This document shows, piece after piece, positions 27,365-32,000 of a stretch of 32,000 bases of DNA (the stretch's first letter is position 1; each line of letters opens with the position of its first letter). The position numbers were made by a program, and so were the translations under genes. This stretch comes from Pseudothioglobus sp. nBUS_23 (lineage in GTDB: Bacteria > Pseudomonadota > Gammaproteobacteria > PS1 > Pseudothioglobaceae). The stretch is from positions 1,110,001-1,142,000 of the forward strand of contig NZ_CP179200.1 in the NCBI RefSeq assembly GCF_051201565.1, written 5' to 3'. The notes under the pieces are model-generated. The model saw only the letters and a program-made list of their open reading frames with translations. It did no database searches and was not told the origin of the DNA.

Positions 27365-28585
27365 TTAGAAATTACCTACAATTGCATTCTTTAGTTTACC
27401 CATTACGCCTTTGTTTCCGTTTGAAACAATAAATTTAGCTTTATTCAAATCACCCTCATGCAAAAGTAAGCCGATACTTCCAGTATAGCGATAGTCAGTC
27501 AGAATAGCTTCAAGACCTGAAATTCTTGATCTCTGAATTTTACCAAGCTTTACTCGCTTAGAAAAACAATCGCGGACCAGTTCTTCAATAGAACCTATCT
27601 CTGAGCCACCCCCACTAAGAACAAATCCAGACTTGATAATCGAATCTAAATTGCGATGCTTGAGCTCATTTTTGAGCTCCTCAAAAATTTCCCTGTAAGA
27701 CTCCTCAATGACAGCGCTCAAATCTAAGCTAGAGAGTTGTCGCTCTTCTTTGCTATTGGCCTGAGTGAAATCAATAAACTTATCATCGGACTCAGGCAAA
27801 GTTTTGGCTACTCCGTAGCTCTCTTTAAGTCTTTTAGCTTCTTCAAGAGAGGTATCAAATGCATATGCAATGGATTGCGTAACCTCGTCACCACCCATTG
27901 CTATGATTCCACTTTGTATAATGCCTTCTTCTTTGAAAACCGAATAACTCGTCACACCTGCACCTATATCAAGAAGACAAACACCACTATTCTTATCCTC
28001 TTGTGTAAGCAATGCCTGAGATTTAGCAACCGAATTGAGTACAATTTTATCGACCTCAAGGTCACTCTGCTTGAGGCAGTTTTCAACATTTCTTACGCTT
28101 GAACTAGAAACAGTAATGATATGAACCTTAGACTCTAAAACTTGAGCCTCCATATCCATCGGATCGTCCACAACGACGGTCTCGTTGATCGTAAACTTCT
28201 TTTTAATAATATGGAGTTTTTCTTTGTTGGTTGGCGTTGAAATCGCCATTGCTGATTCAAGCACTGCATCTAAATCTTCAGAGCTTACAAATTCATTGAC
28301 AGGGACCTTGCCTTTTCCATCGATACAGGTGAGGTGAGTATCAGAAATATTGACGCGAAAAAGCGCAAGACTAATTCCAAAGCTTTCTTCAGTCTTCTTG
28401 ATTAGTTTTGAAATTTCTCTGGACAAAGAGTCAATCGAAAAAATAGACCCTCTTCTGACTCCTTTTGATGGGCAAACGTTATGTCCAATGATTCTCAGAT
28501 GGTCATCATCCTCTCTCTCAGCAACCAGTAAAGCAATCTTTTCAGTTCCAATATCGATGCTTGCTACAAAGTGGTTGCCTGCCAT
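27365..28585 (-). CDS. ftsA: Cell division protein FtsA
   Basis: It has the actin-like ATPase fold (VASIDIGTEKIALLV, VCLLDIGAGVTSYSV, GGDEVTQSIAYAF, VLSGGGSEI) and a C-terminal amphipathic membrane-targeting helix (GVMGKLKNAIVGNF; E. coli has GSWIKRLNSWLRKEF). The ATG at 28585 is preferred; the ORF-track TTG at 28597 is the alternative. Confidence 0.9.
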   Translation of the reverse strand: MAGNHFVASIDIGTEKIALLVAEREDDDHLRIIGHNVCPSKGVRRGSIFSIDSLSREISKLIKKTEESFGISLALFRVNISDTHLTCIDGKGKVPVNEFVSSEDLDAVLESAMAISTPTNKEKLHIIKKKFTINETVVVDDPMDMEAQVLESKVHIITVSSSSVRNVENCLKQSDLEVDKIVLNSVAKSQALLTQEDKNSGVCLLDIGAGVTSYSVFKEEGIIQSGIIAMGGDEVTQSIAYAFDTSLEEAKRLKESYGVAKTLPESDDKFIDFTQANSKEERQLSSLDLSAVIEESYREIFEELKNELKHRNLDSIIKSGFVLSGGGSEIGSIEELVRDCFSKRVKLGKIQRSRISGLEAILTDYRYTGSIGLLLHEGDLNKAKFIVSNGNKGVMGKLKNAIVGNF

Positions 28586-28645
28586 AGTATTTTTCAAGAA
28601 GTATTACAAAAATTTTACCAAACTATTAAACGCTTTTAATCTCAG

Positions 28646-29602
28646 TTAAACTATTTTTTTAAAATCTAGCCATTCATTTAAATGATCCAACTCTACAACT
28701 TTTCCGCTTAGTAATCTTCTAAAAAGCTTGGCATTTGCCTCGCCATGATACAAACCTAATATGTGCCTTGTCATAGACCTGATTGGGACGCCTTGTTGTA
28801 GCTGAGCTGATATATAGGACATGTATTTTGAAAGAATAAGCTCTCTATTCAATGATCGCTCATTACTCTTAAAGATCTCTAATTCAATCTGCTCAAGCAA
28901 AAATGGATTGTGGTAGATTGATCTTCCAAGCATGGCGCCATCCACATACTCTAAATGTCCTACAATATCCTCGCAACTATCTATACCGCCGTTAATTGAA
29001 AATTTTAAATTTGGAAAATCTTTTTTGAGTTGATAAACCCAAGGGTAGTTTAATGGCGGGATGGTTCGGTTTTCTTTTGGACTCAAGCCCGTAAGCCAAG
29101 CTTTGCGTGCGTGGACAATGAAATGTTGACAGCCCTTTTGACTGATAAGATCGACAAATTCTGATAACTGCTCGTAACTCTCCATATCATCAATCCCTAT
29201 TCTATGCTTTACAGTAATAGGCACATCACACCTTTCAATCATCGTCTCAACGCACTGAGCTACAAGGTTAGGCTCTTTCATCAGGCATGCTCCAAAGCTT
29301 CCAGAGAGCACTCTGTCAGATGGACAGCCGACATTAATATTAACCTCATCATAGCCCCACTCCTGGGCAATTAAGGCGCACTCAGCCATTTCTCTAGGGT
29401 CGCTTCCACCCAATTGGAGAACCAAAGGATTTTCGCCAGCATTAAAATCTAATAATCGATTTTTATCTCCTCGTAGAATGGCCTTTGTCGTAATCATTTC
29501 AGTGTACAACTGAACATTTTTACTAATGAGGCGGTAGAAAAATCGACAGTGCTTATCCGTCCAATCCATCATTGGTGCAACGGAGACTAGGGAATGATTC
29601 AT
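28646..29602 (-). CDS. dusA: tRNA-dihydrouridine(20/20a) synthase
   Basis: 318 aa with the DusA-type N-terminus VAPMMDWTDKHCRFFYRLIS and a TIM-barrel FMN site (NINVGCPSDRV, HARKAWL). Confidence 0.9.
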   Translation of the reverse strand: MNHSLVSVAPMMDWTDKHCRFFYRLISKNVQLYTEMITTKAILRGDKNRLLDFNAGENPLVLQLGGSDPREMAECALIAQEWGYDEVNINVGCPSDRVLSGSFGACLMKEPNLVAQCVETMIERCDVPITVKHRIGIDDMESYEQLSEFVDLISQKGCQHFIVHARKAWLTGLSPKENRTIPPLNYPWVYQLKKDFPNLKFSINGGIDSCEDIVGHLEYVDGAMLGRSIYHNPFLLEQIELEIFKSNERSLNRELILSKYMSYISAQLQQGVPIRSMTRHILGLYHGEANAKLFRRLLSGKVVELDHLNEWLDFKKIV

Positions 29603-30072
29603 TCGATTTTGGATGTCAGTTCAGTTAAAGCAAAAGCAATGCTCTCAGATACAATCTCAGATCTAACTCCTGAGAAGAATTGAGTCGTCGTCGTCACATT
29701 CCCATCTACATAAAATCCAAAGCACACCATTCCAACAGGTTTTTCTGGTGTACCCCCAGAAGGTCCAGCTATTCCAGTAACAGAAATAGCTAAATGACTC
29801 TTAGAGTTTTGACCAGCACCCATTGCCATTTCATAGGCAACTTTTTCACTAACCGCGCCAAAGAGTTCGATGGTTTGAGAATCGACGTTTAGCATATTGA
29901 CCTTGGACTCGTTACTGTAAGTAATAAATCCGCAATTAAAGTAGCTCGATGCACCCGGAATTGATGTCAGGGAGCTTGACAATGAGCCTCCAGTGCAGGA
30001 CTCTGCAATAGCAATCGACATATTTTTTGATGTCAATAATTCAGTTAATTTTTTAGCTTTTAGGTAGGACAT
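29599..30072 (-). CDS. pncC: Nicotinamide-nucleotide amidohydrolase (CinA C-terminal domain / PncC family)
   Basis: About 157 aa. IAIAESCTGGSLSS, GFITYSNESK, ISVTGIAGPSGG and VCFGF are present. Its ATG overlaps the pepN TGA (TGATG), and its TGA overlaps the dusA ATG (ATGA). Confidence 0.8.
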   Translation of the reverse strand: MSYLKAKKLTELLTSKNMSIAIAESCTGGSLSSSLTSIPGASSYFNCGFITYSNESKVNMLNVDSQTIELFGAVSEKVAYEMAMGAGQNSKSHLAISVTGIAGPSGGTPEKPVGMVCFGFYVDGNVTTTTQFFSGVRSEIVSESIAFALTELTSKIE

Positions 30073-32000
30073 CAATGCTTCCCTGAAATTGCAGATTGAA
30101 CAATTTCAAAAACGTCTTTTGAAATTTTTTCTCTATCAATGATTGATTGAATCTGGATCTCTTGTAGCTCAGAGTATCTTGGAGCAAATCGCCTCCAGTG
30201 ATTAAAAATACCTGCAAACCTTGCAGCAATTTGAGGGTTCAGTTCATCCAGCTCAACAATAACCTCACTCAATAGCTCATAGCCCTCTTGGCAATGAAAT
30301 TGACTAGTGTTCTGACTAAAGGATCCGATAACGGAGCGAACTCTGTTCGGGTTTTTCATCGTAAATAACTCATGCTTCATAAGACTCTTGACATCGTCAA
30401 CTGAAGTCAGAGAAGATACACTTTGAGCACTGAACCACTTATCCATCACCTGGACATCTGAATGATGTTCATTATAAAAGCGCTCTATTACCTCATCTCG
30501 GTATGGATTTGGATTGTTTAAAAGGGGTTGAAATGCTCCAAACTGATCTGTCATACACTCTGAGTTCATAAACTGCTTATATGCTATGTCAAATTCACCG
30601 AGTCTTGTGAGATAAGCAAGGCATGTATTTTTAAGTGCACGCTCAGCGACTGAGGCTGAAGATAAATCAAAAGCCTTCTTAAAGTTTAATTTTTCATAGG
30701 TATCCAAAAAGACGTCTTTAAATTTACTGCCAATTTCAAGGTGGGTATTGTTTCGTTTACTATGAACATCCTCAACATCGATTTCAGTTACATTTTGATG
30801 GATGATTTGCTCTGAAGGAAGACTCATCATCTCTGACAAAAGAGCAAGGTCACTCTCTTTAGTCATAAGGTTTTCAATCATAGTAAATATTTCCATTTTA
30901 GAGATAAGTTCTGGACTAAGAATATAATTAAGCCAAAGGCTTTGCACGTTATCCCATCGATTAAACGGGTCAGAGTCATTTGTTACCAAAAAAATCTTTT
31001 CCTCAGATGACAAACCGTTTTTAAACTTAATCGGAGCAGAAAAGCCTCTGAACCAAGAAGGGATTGGCTTGCTCGGCATATTTTCAAAAGAAATCGTCTT
31101 GATAAGTTCATCAATAACCACCATGCCTGATTTAATCTCAGAGCCATCTTTTGCTATTAACCCGAACTCATTAGGAATCATAAACGGAGTGTTTTGATTT
31201 TTTTGAGTGAATGTCGCGCTATAGACTTTTGTTTCTGAGTCATATTCATCTTCCACAGTGACCCCTGGGGTTCCTGCCTTAGAGTACCAGGGCATAAAAC
31301 TTTCAAAATTAGTGTTGTTGGCATCAGCCATACTTGATACGAAATCATCAATTGTGACTGCATCGCCGTCATGCCTATCAAAGTATAGTTTCATTCCTTT
31401 TTGAAAGCCATCTTCTCCAAGAATAGTATGAATCATGCGAATAACTTCAGCCCCTTTCTCGTAAACCGTTGAGGTATAAAAGTTGTCCATTGAAATATAA
31501 GATTCAGGCCTGACTGGATGAGACATAGGTCCTGAGTCCTCTGCAAACTGCCTAGTTTTAAGTTGAATGACATCTGAGATTCTTTGAATTGCCCTAGACC
31601 TTAAGTCTGAAGAAAACTCTTGATCTCTAAAGACTGTCAGGCCCTCCTTTAAGCTGAGTTGAAACCAGTCTCTACAGGTTACCCTGTTGCCAGTCCAGTT
31701 ATGAAAATACTCATGACCAATGATAGATTCAATTCTTACGAAACTTGAATCAGTTGATGTTTCTTTATTTGCCAAGACGCAATCTGAATTAAATATATTG
31801 AGCCCCTTGTTTTCCATCGCACCCATATTGAAATCATCAACCGCAACAATCATGTAAATATCTAGATCATAGCTCAGATTAAATCGCTCCTCATCCCACC
31901 TAAACGCCTTTTTTAGTGACTCCATTGCAAAAGCCGTTTTGTGCATATTGTGAGGCTCCACATAGAGCCTCAAATCTACCAGTCTTCCAGTTGCAGTTTT
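30072..32000 (-). CDS. pepN: Aminopeptidase N (M1 family); 5'-partial, the N-terminus lies beyond the window end
   Basis: The frame is open to position 32000. VIGHEYFHNWTGNRVTCRDWFQLSLKEGLTVFRDQEF (HEXXH-X18-E zinc site) and GAMENKGLNIFNS (GAMEN) are present. It is collinear with E. coli PepN from about residue 230 to the C-terminus. Confidence 0.95.
   Translation of the reverse strand, partial: KTATGRLVDLRLYVEPHNMHKTAFAMESLKKAFRWDEERFNLSYDLDIYMIVAVDDFNMGAMENKGLNIFNSDCVLANKETSTDSSFVRIESIIGHEYFHNWTGNRVTCRDWFQLSLKEGLTVFRDQEFSSDLRSRAIQRISDVIQLKTRQFAEDSGPMSHPVRPESYISMDNFYTSTVYEKGAEVIRMIHTILGEDGFQKGMKLYFDRHDGDAVTIDDFVSSMADANNTNFESFMPWYSKAGTPGVTVEDEYDSETKVYSATFTQKNQNTPFMIPNEFGLIAKDGSEIKSGMVVIDELIKTISFENMPSKPIPSWFRGFSAPIKFKNGLSSEEKIFLVTNDSDPFNRWDNVQSLWLNYILSPELISKMEIFTMIENLMTKESDLALLSEMMSLPSEQIIHQNVTEIDVEDVHSKRNNTHLEIGSKFKDVFLDTYEKLNFKKAFDLSSASVAERALKNTCLAYLTRLGEFDIAYKQFMNSECMTDQFGAFQPLLNNPNPYRDEVIERFYNEHHSDVQVMDKWFSAQSVSSLTSVDDVKSLMKHELFTMKNPNRVRSVIGSFSQNTSQFHCQEGYELLSEVIVELDELNPQIAARFAGIFNHWRRFAPRYSELQEIQIQSIIDREKISKDVFEIVQSAISGKH

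Overview
AT-rich (roughly 35-40% GC by eye), densely packed chromosomal segment with gammaproteobacterial gene content and order, probably from a streamlined marine lineage. About 36 CDS are supported, and almost all are core housekeeping genes. In order: pnp 3' end, slyX, an aceE-hopJ-MFS string, algC, a DmdA-like GcvT-family gene, pntAB, a divergent qor/hxlR pair, two GNATs, a same-strand string hpf-mgtE-DUF2007-LysE-VOC-LysE-GNAT, argD-argF, queH, a HolD-like ORF, then leuA-pssA-ilvC-ilvH-ilvI (Pseudomonas-like order), lpxC-ftsA, and dusA-pncC-pepN (pepN runs off the 3' edge). I found no rRNA, tRNA, CRISPR array, transposase, integrase, phage gene or recognisable defence gene. I do not see convincing evidence for a novel multi-gene system, so this looks like an ordinary core region. 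Items worth a second look: (1) ftsA sits 3 nt from lpxC, with ftsZ and ftsQ missing from their canonical positions. (2) The GcvT-family gene resembles DMSP demethylase DmdA. (3) An intrinsic-terminator-like hairpin lies 22 nt upstream of the argD start, at the end of a ~330 nt non-coding leader containing a short Arg-codon uORF. (4) A 24-codon ORF with 10 Leu codons lies directly upstream of leuA. (5) aceE lacks adjacent aceF/lpd. Many ORF-track starts are TTG/GTG extensions; where an internal ATG fits homologues better I used it and said so.
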